Part shown: piece by piece, positions 27,729 through 36,867 of the stretch
Position numbering within the stretch: the stretch's first letter is position 1
Layout of the letters: every line of letters starts with the position of its first letter
Source: an uncultured Chloroflexia bacterium
Lineage (GTDB): Bacteria > Chloroflexota > Limnocylindria > Limnocylindrales > CSP1-4
DNA length: 64,000 nt
Assembly (NCBI GenBank): GCA_963833535.1
Contig: CAWHYC010000006.1
Location: 41,574-105,573, forward strand
Reading direction: 5' to 3'
The notes under the pieces: model-generated
The model's input: the letters and a program-made list of their open reading frames with translations, nothing else
What the model was told of the DNA's origin: nothing
Databases searched by the model: none
Translations under genes and position numbers: made by a program

Positions 27729-28427
27729 CTACACCCGGCCGGACGCCCTGACCACGGTCGGCACCGTGTCGGCCACCCAATGCGCGCCGGCCTTGCGCAA
27801 TCGACCGCGCTCGGCGGCACCGGTCAAGACGCCGATGGCGGTCGCGTCCGCGCGTCGCGCCATGGCCATGTCGTCCATGGCATCACCGACGAGGACCAGC
27901 CTGCTGGACTGCAGCCGCAGGTAGCGGGCGGCCAGCTGGAGGGGCGCCGGATCCGGCTTCTGGTGCGGCACCTCGTCCCCGAAGATGACGGTGTCGAAGG
28001 CGTCGGCGAGGCCGTTGGCACGCATCTCCAGCTCGACCCGGGCGCGGTGCCCTGCCGTCACCAGCGCCGTGCGCACGCCGGCCGCTCGCAGGCCGGCGAT
28101 GGCCGCTGCAGCGCCATCGACGAGCTGGGCGACCTCGGTCTCGTAGATCGAGACCCACAAGCGGTCCGCCTCCGGCCAGCGCGACTCGGCGAGCCCGACC
28201 CGCCGATAGATGCGACGCCAGTCGGGCGCGTAGTGAGCGCGGAACTCGGCTTCGTCGAAGGCCAGGCCGAAGTGCGCGAAGAGATCCCGATACGTCGCCA
28301 GCGTGCGCGCGAAGGAGTCGATGAGCGTTCCGTCCCAGTCGAACGCCCAGGCTTCCGCGGCGGCCAGGCGAGCGGCGACGGCACGAGGCGGTCGGGATCG
28401 ATCGAGGAGTTTCACGGGAGGCGCCAT
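27729..28427 (-). CDS. HAD-family hydrolase (phosphatase)
   Basis: HAD motif I FDWDGTL and the later VGDAMDD motif. Confidence 0.75.
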   Translation of the reverse strand: MAPPVKLLDRSRPPRAVAARLAAAEAWAFDWDGTLIDSFARTLATYRDLFAHFGLAFDEAEFRAHYAPDWRRIYRRVGLAESRWPEADRLWVSIYETEVAQLVDGAAAAIAGLRAAGVRTALVTAGHRARVELEMRANGLADAFDTVIFGDEVPHQKPDPAPLQLAARYLRLQSSRLVLVGDAMDDMAMARRADATAIGVLTGAAERGRLRKAGAHWVADTVPTVVRASGRV

Positions 28428-28468
28428 CGTAGCCGGTCGCGAGCAGGTCGCGTGCTAGACTCCCGGCC

Positions 28469-28984
28469 GTGCCCGAGGCCGATCACCCTGCGCATCGCCG
28501 TGTCCGCGAGGCGGCGCGCCGCAAGGGCGTGGAGATCGAGATCCTGACCTTTCCGGAGTCGACGCACACGGCACAGGACGCGGCTCAGGCCGTGGGCGCC
28601 GAGCTCGGCCAGATCGTCAAGTCGCTCGTCTTCGCCGCGCCCGGCGACGGGGGCAGCCTGGAGCCCGTGGTGGCCCTGGTGAGCGGCGTCAACCGCGTCG
28701 ATATCGGCCTGCTGGCGGCCTGCGTCAGCGAGCCCCGCCTGCGGCGCGCAAGCGCCCGGGAGGCCGATGCCATGACCGGCTTCGTCATCGGCGGCATCCC
28801 GCCCATCGGCTATGAACGCCCCATCCGAGTGGTCATGGACCCGGACCTGGGCCGCTTTCCCGTGGTCTGGGCGGCGGCCGGAACCCCGACCGCCGTCTTC
28901 GCCGTGCCGCCGGCGACCCTGCGCATGCTGGCGGATGCCGTGGTCGTGCCCATCGCCGAGTCCGCGCCCGCATCGGATCGGTGA
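28469..28984 (+). CDS. YbaK/ProX-type aminoacyl-tRNA deacylase
   Basis: YbaK domain with the conserved K..SLVF and GFVIGGIPP motifs. Confidence 0.75.
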   Translation: MPEADHPAHRRVREAARRKGVEIEILTFPESTHTAQDAAQAVGAELGQIVKSLVFAAPGDGGSLEPVVALVSGVNRVDIGLLAACVSEPRLRRASAREADAMTGFVIGGIPPIGYERPIRVVMDPDLGRFPVVWAAAGTPTAVFAVPPATLRMLADAVVVPIAESAPASDR

Positions 28985-29553
28985 TGGCCGAGGTCCAGCG
29001 CGCCAGCGTCCAGTATCCGGGCGGGCTAGCGGCGCGCTATCGGTGGGCAGGCAGCGGAGAGGGCGATGCCGTTTTTGCCCTCAGTGAGGCCGGCGGCTCC
29101 CTGGCCGACCACGGCAGCCTCAGCTCGGAGGCACCCGAGCGCGCCTGCCGAGCGGAGCTTCGGGTCGAGGGACCGCTCGGCGCCTGGACCGTCCGACTCG
29201 CCTCGCCGATCTTCGACCAACCGCAGGGCTTGCTGTGGGACGGACCCGGCCTGCTGATCGTCAAGTACGGGTTCACCGCCTACGCGTTCGTCGGCCGGAC
29301 GGGTGAGCTGCGCTGGCACCACGCCTGCGGCACGCCGATCCTCGCCGTCCTGGGCTCGTCGAGACTGGACCACGTCCTGGTCCAGGGCGAGGTGGAGACC
29401 GTCGCCATCCGCTCGGACGGCAGCGTCACCTGGCGTGCTGCGCACGACGAGGTCGTGATCGAGGCGGAGATCGTCGGCGGCCGCCTCGTCATCGTCGGTT
29501 TCGACGGGCGCGCCCGGGCGCTCGATCCGGCTACCGGTCGGTCATCCGGCTGA
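28981..29553 (+). CDS. hypothetical protein
   Basis: ATGA overlap with the upstream gene. No recognisable motifs. Confidence 0.4.
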   Translation: MMAEVQRASVQYPGGLAARYRWAGSGEGDAVFALSEAGGSLADHGSLSSEAPERACRAELRVEGPLGAWTVRLASPIFDQPQGLLWDGPGLLIVKYGFTAYAFVGRTGELRWHHACGTPILAVLGSSRLDHVLVQGEVETVAIRSDGSVTWRAAHDEVVIEAEIVGGRLVIVGFDGRARALDPATGRSSG

Positions 29554-29772
29554 CGATCGGCCCTCAAGATGTGGACGGCCTGTGGACGATCGGCCACCGA
29601 GCCATGCAGTTGGTGGACAAGCCCGGTTGACCCAGCCGAGCCGCGCCGGGTAGCGTTCATGACGTGCCCGGAGGGGCCTGCGAGCGATCGCTAACGGCTG
29701 AGATCACATCAAAGCCCACGCGGTCGTGACGGTTCCTCCGGGCCGTTCGCTGTCCTGCGCTACCATCCCGCC

Positions 29773-30672
29773 GTGCTTCCCCTCTGGCTCGTCGGCCTCG
29801 GCGTCGTCGTCTGCCTGATCGCGGGCCTGCTGCTCCGTCGGATCGGACCCGGCTTCCGCATCGCACGAGTCCTGGCAGCCGCGCCAGAGGTGTCCATCGG
29901 CGAGGTCGCCACGGCTGCCGCCGGCGGTCAGCCCTACGTTCGCGTGCACGGGCGCATCTCGAGCGAGGAGGAGTTCCCTGACGAGCTGGACCGGCCGCTG
30001 GTCTATCGTCGACGACGCCTCGAGCTGGCCACCGACGCCAGCCGACGACGATGGCGGACGCTCGAGGATGAGGTCATGGCGGTGCCCTTCGGGCTCGAGG
30101 AGCGCACGGCCTTCGTGGCCGTCGATGCGGCGCGACTCGACGAAGGCCTGGCGGTCATCGTGCGAGAGTCGGTCGGCACCGCTGCCGATGCCCCAGACCG
30201 AGTGCCGCCAGGCACCGCCCCAACGCTGGCGCTGCGGCACCGGATCCATCAGGTCTCTGCCGTCGAGCATGCCTTCGTGTCCGGTGCGCCGCGGATCGCT
30301 GAGAACGGCGCGCCGATGATCACCGCCGGGGCCGGACGGCCGCTCATCCTGACCACCCTCGAGCTGCCCGAGGCGATGCGACTCCTGGGGTCCGGGCATC
30401 GACGCACGGTCATCGCCGCGACCGTCCTGCTGGCTATCGGGCTCGGCCTCGTGGCCTGTGGCATCGTGCTCGCTTTGGCCATCTTCCTGGCCGCGCCAGC
30501 GATCGCTGCCTCGCCCGACCCATCGCCGATCATCGGCGGCGACACGCGCAGCGGGGGCGAAGGCGCCGGGTTGGCAGGCCAGCCGTTCGTGGCCTTGATG
30601 GGGGTCATCGTGCTCGGCCTGCTGACGGCCGGCTTCGCGACCGCCTACATTCGCCTGAGACGCGACGAATGA
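29773..30672 (+). CDS. hypothetical membrane protein
   Basis: TM helices at the N- and C-termini. Its stop overlaps the start of the M23 peptidase gene. Confidence 0.45.
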   Translation: MLPLWLVGLGVVVCLIAGLLLRRIGPGFRIARVLAAAPEVSIGEVATAAAGGQPYVRVHGRISSEEEFPDELDRPLVYRRRRLELATDASRRRWRTLEDEVMAVPFGLEERTAFVAVDAARLDEGLAVIVRESVGTAADAPDRVPPGTAPTLALRHRIHQVSAVEHAFVSGAPRIAENGAPMITAGAGRPLILTTLELPEAMRLLGSGHRRTVIAATVLLAIGLGLVACGIVLALAIFLAAPAIAASPDPSPIIGGDTRSGGEGAGLAGQPFVALMGVIVLGLLTAGFATAYIRLRRDE

Positions 30673-31601
30673 GCGATCGACCTCGACGCATACAGGCTCG
30701 CCCGATGAGCGCCCCGAAGACGCCATCGCCGGGGCGCCCGAGGCGCGGGCTGATCGCCCTTGGCGTGATCGTCGCGGCGGTGCTCCTCACCGTGGTCGGG
30801 CTGAGCGGCCTGCGAGGCGGAGGGTCGGCGTCGACCGCGACCCCATCGGCCGCCGTAGGGGGATCGGACGCTGGCACCCTTGGCACGCCGGCGGCCTCGA
30901 CCGCGTTCCCGACCGCGTCGCCTGGCGCGACGCGGTCGCCCGTGACGAGCGCCTCGCCATCGACAAACCTCTCCGCGACCACGAGCCCATCGGCGCCGCC
31001 GGCGACCGGCGCGTCCACCCCGGCGGCTCCGACCTCGGCCGCCGGCTTCGCCCTTCGCAAGACGGTCATCGACATCGCATTCCCCTTCCGGGCGACGGTC
31101 GGCTACCGGTACTCGGACCGCTTCCTGGCCCCCAGGGTCGGGGTCACACGGCGCTTCAACCACGCCCGCGGTGTCTCGGGAAGCGGCCGCCTCCTGCGCG
31201 CGCACGATGGAGTCGACCTGCGCGCCAAGCGGGGGACTCACGTCTACGCGGCCTTCTCGGGCACGGTCATCGACCCGGCCACGCGCTGGAAGCCATGGGA
31301 CGTCCCGCGATACGGCAAGTACGTGGCCATCGTCTCCGACGAGCCGACCAGTCCGGGCTACGCCGTCATCTACGCCCACCTGGCATCGGTGGCCGTCGCG
31401 ATCGGCGACCATGTCGAGCGCGGTCAATGGATCGGCCGGGTCGGCAATACCGGCAATGCCGCAAGCGAGCCACCCCAACTGCACGTCGAGCTGCGGGCGC
31501 CGTTCCGCATCCCGGTCCGGGAGGGTGGCCGGAACCGGCGCATCGATGCCTTCGACCCATTGCCCAGCCTCCTGGCGGCCGATCCGAAGCGTAAGCACTG
31601 A
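30669..31601 (+). CDS. M23-family metallopeptidase (peptidoglycan endopeptidase)
   Basis: TM anchor, a Pro/Ala/Ser linker, and the M23 motifs HDGVDL...YAHL...PHLHVE-like (QLHVEL). Confidence 0.8.
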   Translation: MSDRPRRIQARPMSAPKTPSPGRPRRGLIALGVIVAAVLLTVVGLSGLRGGGSASTATPSAAVGGSDAGTLGTPAASTAFPTASPGATRSPVTSASPSTNLSATTSPSAPPATGASTPAAPTSAAGFALRKTVIDIAFPFRATVGYRYSDRFLAPRVGVTRRFNHARGVSGSGRLLRAHDGVDLRAKRGTHVYAAFSGTVIDPATRWKPWDVPRYGKYVAIVSDEPTSPGYAVIYAHLASVAVAIGDHVERGQWIGRVGNTGNAASEPPQLHVELRAPFRIPVREGGRNRRIDAFDPLPSLLAADPKRKH

Positions 31602-31635
31602 GCGGGTCCCCCTCGCGGGGCGGGACCATCCGGTC

Positions 31636-34569
31636 ATGGCAAGCGTTGGTAGGTCAGCGCAGACTCGGCGCTCGGCCACCTACCAAGACCTGCCATCGGA
31701 GTCGACCACGGATCCGTTGCCCGCGCTCGGCGAGCGCACCGTCAGCGTCGCGCTGGCGGCGCGCATCCTGGGCGTCCACGCCAACACCGTCCGGACCTGG
31801 ACCCAGCAGCAGCGGCTGCCTGTCCTGCGCATCAACGCGCGCGGTGACCGCCGCTATCGCGTCGCCGACCTGGAGGCCTTCCTGGCGGCCGCGCAGGAGT
31901 CGCCACGGACGCAGCGTGGCGGACGAGGGTCCAGGGTGGCGGCCGACTTCGGCCTCGCCCGCGCCGAGGGCGCGCCTGGCGATCGGCGCAGCCGCGAGCT
32001 GCACGTACTCGGTGAGATCGCGCAACTGACGGCGCACATCAGCGACCTTGACACCGCCCTGCATCGCATCTGCCAGCTGTTGCGCGACGCGTTCGACTAT
32101 CGGCTGGTCGGCGTCGCACAGGTGCGCGACGGCGTCATCGTGGCACGCGTCGCGCATGGCGTGCCGGTCGACCGCCTGCCGGTCATGCCCCTCGGATCGG
32201 GCATCGTCGGGACCGCCGTCGCCGACGGCACGACGGTCTTGGCGCCTGACGTTCGACGGGATCCGCGCTACGTCGAGATCCTGCCCGAGATCGCGTCCGA
32301 GATGGTCGTCCCCATCGTAGGTCCCGATGGCACCTGGGGTTGCATCCTCGCCGCGCACACCAAGCCAGGCGGCCTCGGCATCGATGACGTCGGGTTGCTC
32401 GAGGCGGTCGCCCACCAGATCGCTGCCGCCATCGAGACGGCCGGCCTGATGCAGCGGCTCGAGCGCCAGCTGGAGCTGGCGGAGGCGCTTCGACGGGTCA
32501 GTGCGGACATCAGCTCCAAGCTCGACCTCCAGGTCATCCTGGCCGAGACGGTCGACCAGGCCACGACCCTCTTCGGTGCCGACCGGGCGGCCGTCTTCCG
32601 CCTGCGGGCCGGTGGCACCTTCGAGGCCCCGGTCGCCAGGGGCCTGTCCGAGCGCTACCTCCAGCGCGTCGCGGACCTGCCTTCGCCGTCGCTGCCGCGC
32701 CTGGCGATGGAGACCGGCGAGGCGCTCTTCGCGACCGGGTACGCCGATGACCCACGCGGGCTCGGCGTCCGGGATGCCGTCATCGAGGAGGGCTTCGACA
32801 CGGTCGCGGTGGCGCCGCTGGTGGCCGAGGGTCGATCGCTCGGCGTGCTCGTCCTCTACCACGACCGTCGCCGGCCGTGGTCGAACCCGGAGCTGGACGC
32901 GCTCAAGGCGCTCGCCGCCCAGGCCAGCATCGCCATCCAGAACGCCGGCACCTATGCCCAGATGGCACGCTGGGCGGCGCAGCTCCAGTCGATCCAGCAG
33001 CTCGGTACGCGCCTCGATCGGATGAGCAGCGTGCGCGACATCGGCATGGCCATCGCGGTCGAGCTCCAGCAGCTCATCGACTACCACAACGTGCGTGTCT
33101 ATCGCGTCGTGGGGGACGACTGCCAGCCGGTCGCCTGGCGCGGCAACATCGGCGAGTACACGGACGAGGTCGAGGACGAGCTCCGCCTCAAGGTCGGCGA
33201 GGGCATCACCGGCTGGGTGGCCGCGCATGGTGTCGCGCAGTACCTGCCCGACGCCAATGCCGACGACCGCGCCCAGACCATCGTGGGCACTGACACGATC
33301 GACGAGTCGATGCTCATCGCGCCCATGATCTTCGAGCAGCGCGTCATGGGCGTCATCGTCCTTTCCAAGCTCGGGCTCCACCAGTTCTCGAGCGACGACC
33401 TGCGACTGCTCGAGATCTACGCCTCCCTGGCGGCCCAGGCGATGGCCAATGCCGACGCCGCCGAGCAGCTCCGCGATCAGTCGGCGACGCTCGAGCGCCA
33501 GCTCCGGAGCCAACGCGAGCTGCTGCGGATGACAGAATCGATCTTCGCCTCGCTCGACCCGCACGTCGTCCTGGACGAGATCGCCAGCCGCCTCGTGGGC
33601 CTGGTCCCGGTCGACAACATCGGCATCGACAAGCTCGATCGCATCGCCGGCGAGTTCGTGCCGGTCGTGGCGCGCGGCGTCGACGAAGCCGAGTATCGCG
33701 GCCGCCGGCTGAAGATCGGCGAGGGCGTCGCCGGCTGGGTGGCCGAGCATGGCGAGGGCCAGCTGGTCCTCGACGAGCTGGCCGATCCCCGTGTCGCCCA
33801 CTTCGAGGCCGTCGGGCCGGAGGCAGGCTCGCTCATCGTGGTGCCGCTCCGCGGTCGCGACGGGACCGTCGGCGTGCTGACGCTCGAGCGGCTGGGTACC
33901 TCCGCCGCCTTCACGACCGAGGAGTTCGAGCTCGTGCAGCTCTTCGCCGCGCAAGCGTCGATCGCGATGCAGAACGCGGAGCTGCACGCGGACGTCGTGG
34001 TCCAGGCGCAGACCGACGGCCTGACCGGGCTCCTCAATCACGCCACTTTCACGGCCGACCTGGGGCGAGCCGTGGCGAGCGGCGAACGTTTTGGCCTGAT
34101 CATGCTCGACCTGGACGATTTCAAGGGCTTCAACGACACCCTCGGCCACCCGACCGGGGACCTGCTCCTGCAGGGCATCGCGAGAGCGCTGACCTCAGCC
34201 GGCCGGGACTCCGATCGGGCCTACCGCTACGGCGGTGACGAGTTCGTGCTCATCCTGCCGGGCACCGACGCCGCCGGCGCGCGGGCCGTCGCCGACCGCG
34301 TCCGTCGCGCGGTGCACGAGGAGGGTGGACTGCGCGGGGCGGGCGGCGAAGTCGAGGTCACCTGTTCGACGGGCGTGGCCGCCTTCCCAGGCGACGGTGC
34401 GGACGCGACCGCCATCCTGAGCGCCGCGGACCGCGCCTGTTTCCTGGCCAAACGCAATGGTCGCGACCGCGTGGCGACGGCGGGCGAGGCAGCCGCTGTG
34501 GGCGGCGATCTCGTGCCCGGCGCGACGACGCCCATCGACACGCCCAGTGCGCCGAGGTCGGCTGCCTGA
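31636..34569 (+). CDS. diguanylate cyclase with an N-terminal MerR/excisionase-type HTH and four GAF domains
   Basis: HTH (ARILGVHANTVRTW), four GAF-like repeats, and a C-terminal GGDEF domain with an intact GGDEF and an RxxD-like I-site context. The ATG at 31636 was chosen as the start; the upstream ORF extension overlaps the M23 gene. Confidence 0.8.
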   Translation: MASVGRSAQTRRSATYQDLPSESTTDPLPALGERTVSVALAARILGVHANTVRTWTQQQRLPVLRINARGDRRYRVADLEAFLAAAQESPRTQRGGRGSRVAADFGLARAEGAPGDRRSRELHVLGEIAQLTAHISDLDTALHRICQLLRDAFDYRLVGVAQVRDGVIVARVAHGVPVDRLPVMPLGSGIVGTAVADGTTVLAPDVRRDPRYVEILPEIASEMVVPIVGPDGTWGCILAAHTKPGGLGIDDVGLLEAVAHQIAAAIETAGLMQRLERQLELAEALRRVSADISSKLDLQVILAETVDQATTLFGADRAAVFRLRAGGTFEAPVARGLSERYLQRVADLPSPSLPRLAMETGEALFATGYADDPRGLGVRDAVIEEGFDTVAVAPLVAEGRSLGVLVLYHDRRRPWSNPELDALKALAAQASIAIQNAGTYAQMARWAAQLQSIQQLGTRLDRMSSVRDIGMAIAVELQQLIDYHNVRVYRVVGDDCQPVAWRGNIGEYTDEVEDELRLKVGEGITGWVAAHGVAQYLPDANADDRAQTIVGTDTIDESMLIAPMIFEQRVMGVIVLSKLGLHQFSSDDLRLLEIYASLAAQAMANADAAEQLRDQSATLERQLRSQRELLRMTESIFASLDPHVVLDEIASRLVGLVPVDNIGIDKLDRIAGEFVPVVARGVDEAEYRGRRLKIGEGVAGWVAEHGEGQLVLDELADPRVAHFEAVGPEAGSLIVVPLRGRDGTVGVLTLERLGTSAAFTTEEFELVQLFAAQASIAMQNAELHADVVVQAQTDGLTGLLNHATFTADLGRAVASGERFGLIMLDLDDFKGFNDTLGHPTGDLLLQGIARALTSAGRDSDRAYRYGGDEFVLILPGTDAAGARAVADRVRRAVHEEGGLRGAGGEVEVTCSTGVAAFPGDGADATAILSAADRACFLAKRNGRDRVATAGEAAAVGGDLVPGATTPIDTPSAPRSAA

Positions 34570-34601
34570 CCGATCCGGCCGGCGGTCGGTACCATCGTCG
34601 C

Positions 34602-35360
34602 GTGAGCGCGAACCGCGTCTCAGGCCCAAGGCCTCGCATCCTGGTCACCGTCCAGGCACCATCGGTCGCCGCGGACGCCGACCTGGCGCGGCTCAAGAAC
34701 GGCCGCTACCTGGAGCAGGTCGAGGCCGCCGGTGGCCAGCCGACGACCATCGACGAGACCGCCAGCGAGTCGGAGCGACGCGCCGCCTTCGCGGCCATGG
34801 ATGGCCTCTTGCTCTCGGGCGGCGCCGACCTGGATCCGGCTCTCTACGGCCAGCCGGTCGCCGGCTCGCGCGACATCGAGCCCGGCCGCGACGCCCTCGA
34901 GCTGGCCGCATGGCAGGCAGCCGCGGAGCGCGGCCGACCGGTGCTCGGCATCTGCCGCGGCATCCAGGCCATCAACGTCTTCGCCGGCGGCGGACTCATC
35001 CAGGACCTCGACGGCCACGGCAGCCCGGCCTACGGATCGGGTCCCGCCAAACTCCACCCCATGCGCGTCAGCCGCGCCTCTCGCCTGGCGCGCATCCTGC
35101 GCCCGGCCGATCCAGGTGATCTCGTGCTGCAAGTCAATACCTACCACCACCAGGGCTTCAGCCGCGACCAGCTGGCGCCCGGACTGGCCGTGGCGGGGAC
35201 CGCGACCCATCCGGCGGGCGAGATCGTCGAGGCCGTCGAATCGGCCGGCCGGGGCCAGCTCATCCTCGGCATCCAATGCCACCCCGAGCGCACGGAGTCG
35301 ACGCCGCCTGAGTTCGCACGCCTCTTCGCCTTCTTCGTCGACGCGGCTCGCGCCACCTGA
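34602..35360 (+). CDS. class I glutamine amidotransferase-like hydrolase (PuuD / peptidase C26 family)
   Basis: Catalytic triad context GICRG ... H..ER (QCHPE). Confidence 0.75.
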   Translation: MSANRVSGPRPRILVTVQAPSVAADADLARLKNGRYLEQVEAAGGQPTTIDETASESERRAAFAAMDGLLLSGGADLDPALYGQPVAGSRDIEPGRDALELAAWQAAAERGRPVLGICRGIQAINVFAGGGLIQDLDGHGSPAYGSGPAKLHPMRVSRASRLARILRPADPGDLVLQVNTYHHQGFSRDQLAPGLAVAGTATHPAGEIVEAVESAGRGQLILGIQCHPERTESTPPEFARLFAFFVDAARAT

Positions 35361-35384
35361 CCGAGACCCGGCACGCGGGTCAGC

Positions 35385-36239
35385 TCAACGGTTGGCCAGG
35401 TCGATGAGGATGGGCGGGACCCAGAGCTCGGAGATGGCGGTCGTGAAGCCGAGCACGGTCAGGATGAGGAACTGGGCCAGGAAGTAGCCGATCACGAGCT
35501 TGTCGGCACGGTCGTAGACGAGGTGCTTGAGCCAGGTCCGCTTGCCGGTCCCGAAGCCACGCAGGTCCATGGCGTCGATGGTGTCCTCGGCGCCGACGAG
35601 CGCATTGATGACCGACGGTACGACCACCGGCATGGTGTTGCGCAGGCGCGCGATCGGACCGCCCTTGGCATCTTGCCAATCGTGGCCTCGGACGCGTTGT
35701 GCATCGGCGGTCGTCTGCATGTCGTTGGCCAGGGAAGGCAGGAAGCGGAAGGTCAGGTCGATGGCGAAGGCGAACTTGTCGGGCACGCCGAGCCGCCGGA
35801 AGGCGATCCCGAAGTCATCCGGAGCCATGGCGTAGGCGACCGGGAAGCCGGCCATCGTCATGGCCAGGAAGCGCAGCAGCTGGGTCCCTGCATAGGCCAG
35901 GGACTGTGCCGAGATCGGCGTGCCCAGCAGGGGCATCGTGAAGAAGACGTCGTAGTCGCCGGTGTAGTTGGGCACGACGCCGTTGGTGATGAGGGTGTTG
36001 ACCAGGACGAGCAGTGTCACGAAGAAGAGGACGAAGGCCCACTGCCGGCGGACCTCGGCCCACGGGATGGATGCCGAGCGGTAGTAGAGGAACGCGACGA
36101 GGAGCAGGAAGAGGACGACGCGGGCGTCCCACATCTGGACCACGGTAAAGACGAAGATGAAGAGGACCAGGACGAGGACCCGGGGATCGCGGCGAGCCAG
36201 CCACGACCCCCGGCCCAGGTAGCGCGGGGCGAAGTTCAT
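35385..36239 (-). CDS. ecfT: ECF transporter T component (EcfT)
   Basis: TM topology and EcfT-like coupling motifs. It is the last gene of the second ECF operon. Confidence 0.75.
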   Translation of the reverse strand: MNFAPRYLGRGSWLARRDPRVLVLVLFIFVFTVVQMWDARVVLFLLLVAFLYYRSASIPWAEVRRQWAFVLFFVTLLVLVNTLITNGVVPNYTGDYDVFFTMPLLGTPISAQSLAYAGTQLLRFLAMTMAGFPVAYAMAPDDFGIAFRRLGVPDKFAFAIDLTFRFLPSLANDMQTTADAQRVRGHDWQDAKGGPIARLRNTMPVVVPSVINALVGAEDTIDAMDLRGFGTGKRTWLKHLVYDRADKLVIGYFLAQFLILTVLGFTTAISELWVPPILIDLANR

Positions 36240-36271
36240 GGCTCGCCCCGTGCTCGACGATGCGTGTTGAC

Positions 36272-36850
36272 CTAGCGGCCCATGCGCTCCTTGATGGGCT
36301 CCCAGATGAAGACCAGGATGGGCACCACGATGGCCGTCGAGATGAGGTTGGTCGTGATGACCGGGATGTACTCCGTGGTCAGGACGGTATTGAAGTCATA
36401 CCCGCCCAGGATCATGTCCGTCCAGATGAAGACGAAGCCCACGAGCGTGGCTACCACGCCGGCGATGGCGCCGCCGAGGGCCTTCTGGGGGAGCGTACCG
36501 TTCATCAACCGGGCCAGGTAGAGCGGAGCCAGACCGGCGATGAGTCCGACGAAGCCGTTGGCGAGGCTCCAGTTCCACGACGTCAGGGCGCCCCAGCCGG
36601 AGATCTGGTCGCCGATGGCGTTGCCGACGGTGCCGGTGAAGAAGCCGACGATGGGCCCGAAGGCATAGCCGAAGAAGCTGACCAGGCCGAAGGCCGGCCG
36701 GAGACTGACGTCCTTGGTGCCGGGGATCGGGATCTGGATGACCAGCAGCAGGCCGTACAGGACGGCCCCGATCGCGGCGTAGACGACGACGCGCGACGAG
36801 ACCTCCCAGAGCGTTTGCCGGGTGTTGCCAGACATCTGCATCGTTGCCAT
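36272..36850 (-). CDS. ECF transporter S component, unknown specificity
   Basis: About 192 aa with six TM helices. It lies between the fused EcfAA' and EcfT genes. Confidence 0.6.
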   Translation of the reverse strand: MATMQMSGNTRQTLWEVSSRVVVYAAIGAVLYGLLLVIQIPIPGTKDVSLRPAFGLVSFFGYAFGPIVGFFTGTVGNAIGDQISGWGALTSWNWSLANGFVGLIAGLAPLYLARLMNGTLPQKALGGAIAGVVATLVGFVFIWTDMILGGYDFNTVLTTEYIPVITTNLISTAIVVPILVFIWEPIKERMGR

Positions 36851-36867
36851 GAGCGTTCCCTTCCCTC

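Noticed and set aside
27405-28547. 380-aa plus-strand ORF across the TPP riboswitch and the HAD gene
   Set aside because: It is antisense to a well-supported HAD hydrolase and overlaps the riboswitch. It has no motif support.
31171-31635. N-terminal 155-aa extension of the GGDEF ORF
   Set aside because: It overlaps the 3' half of the M23 peptidase gene in another frame. The ATG at 31636, followed by an HTH, is the credible start.
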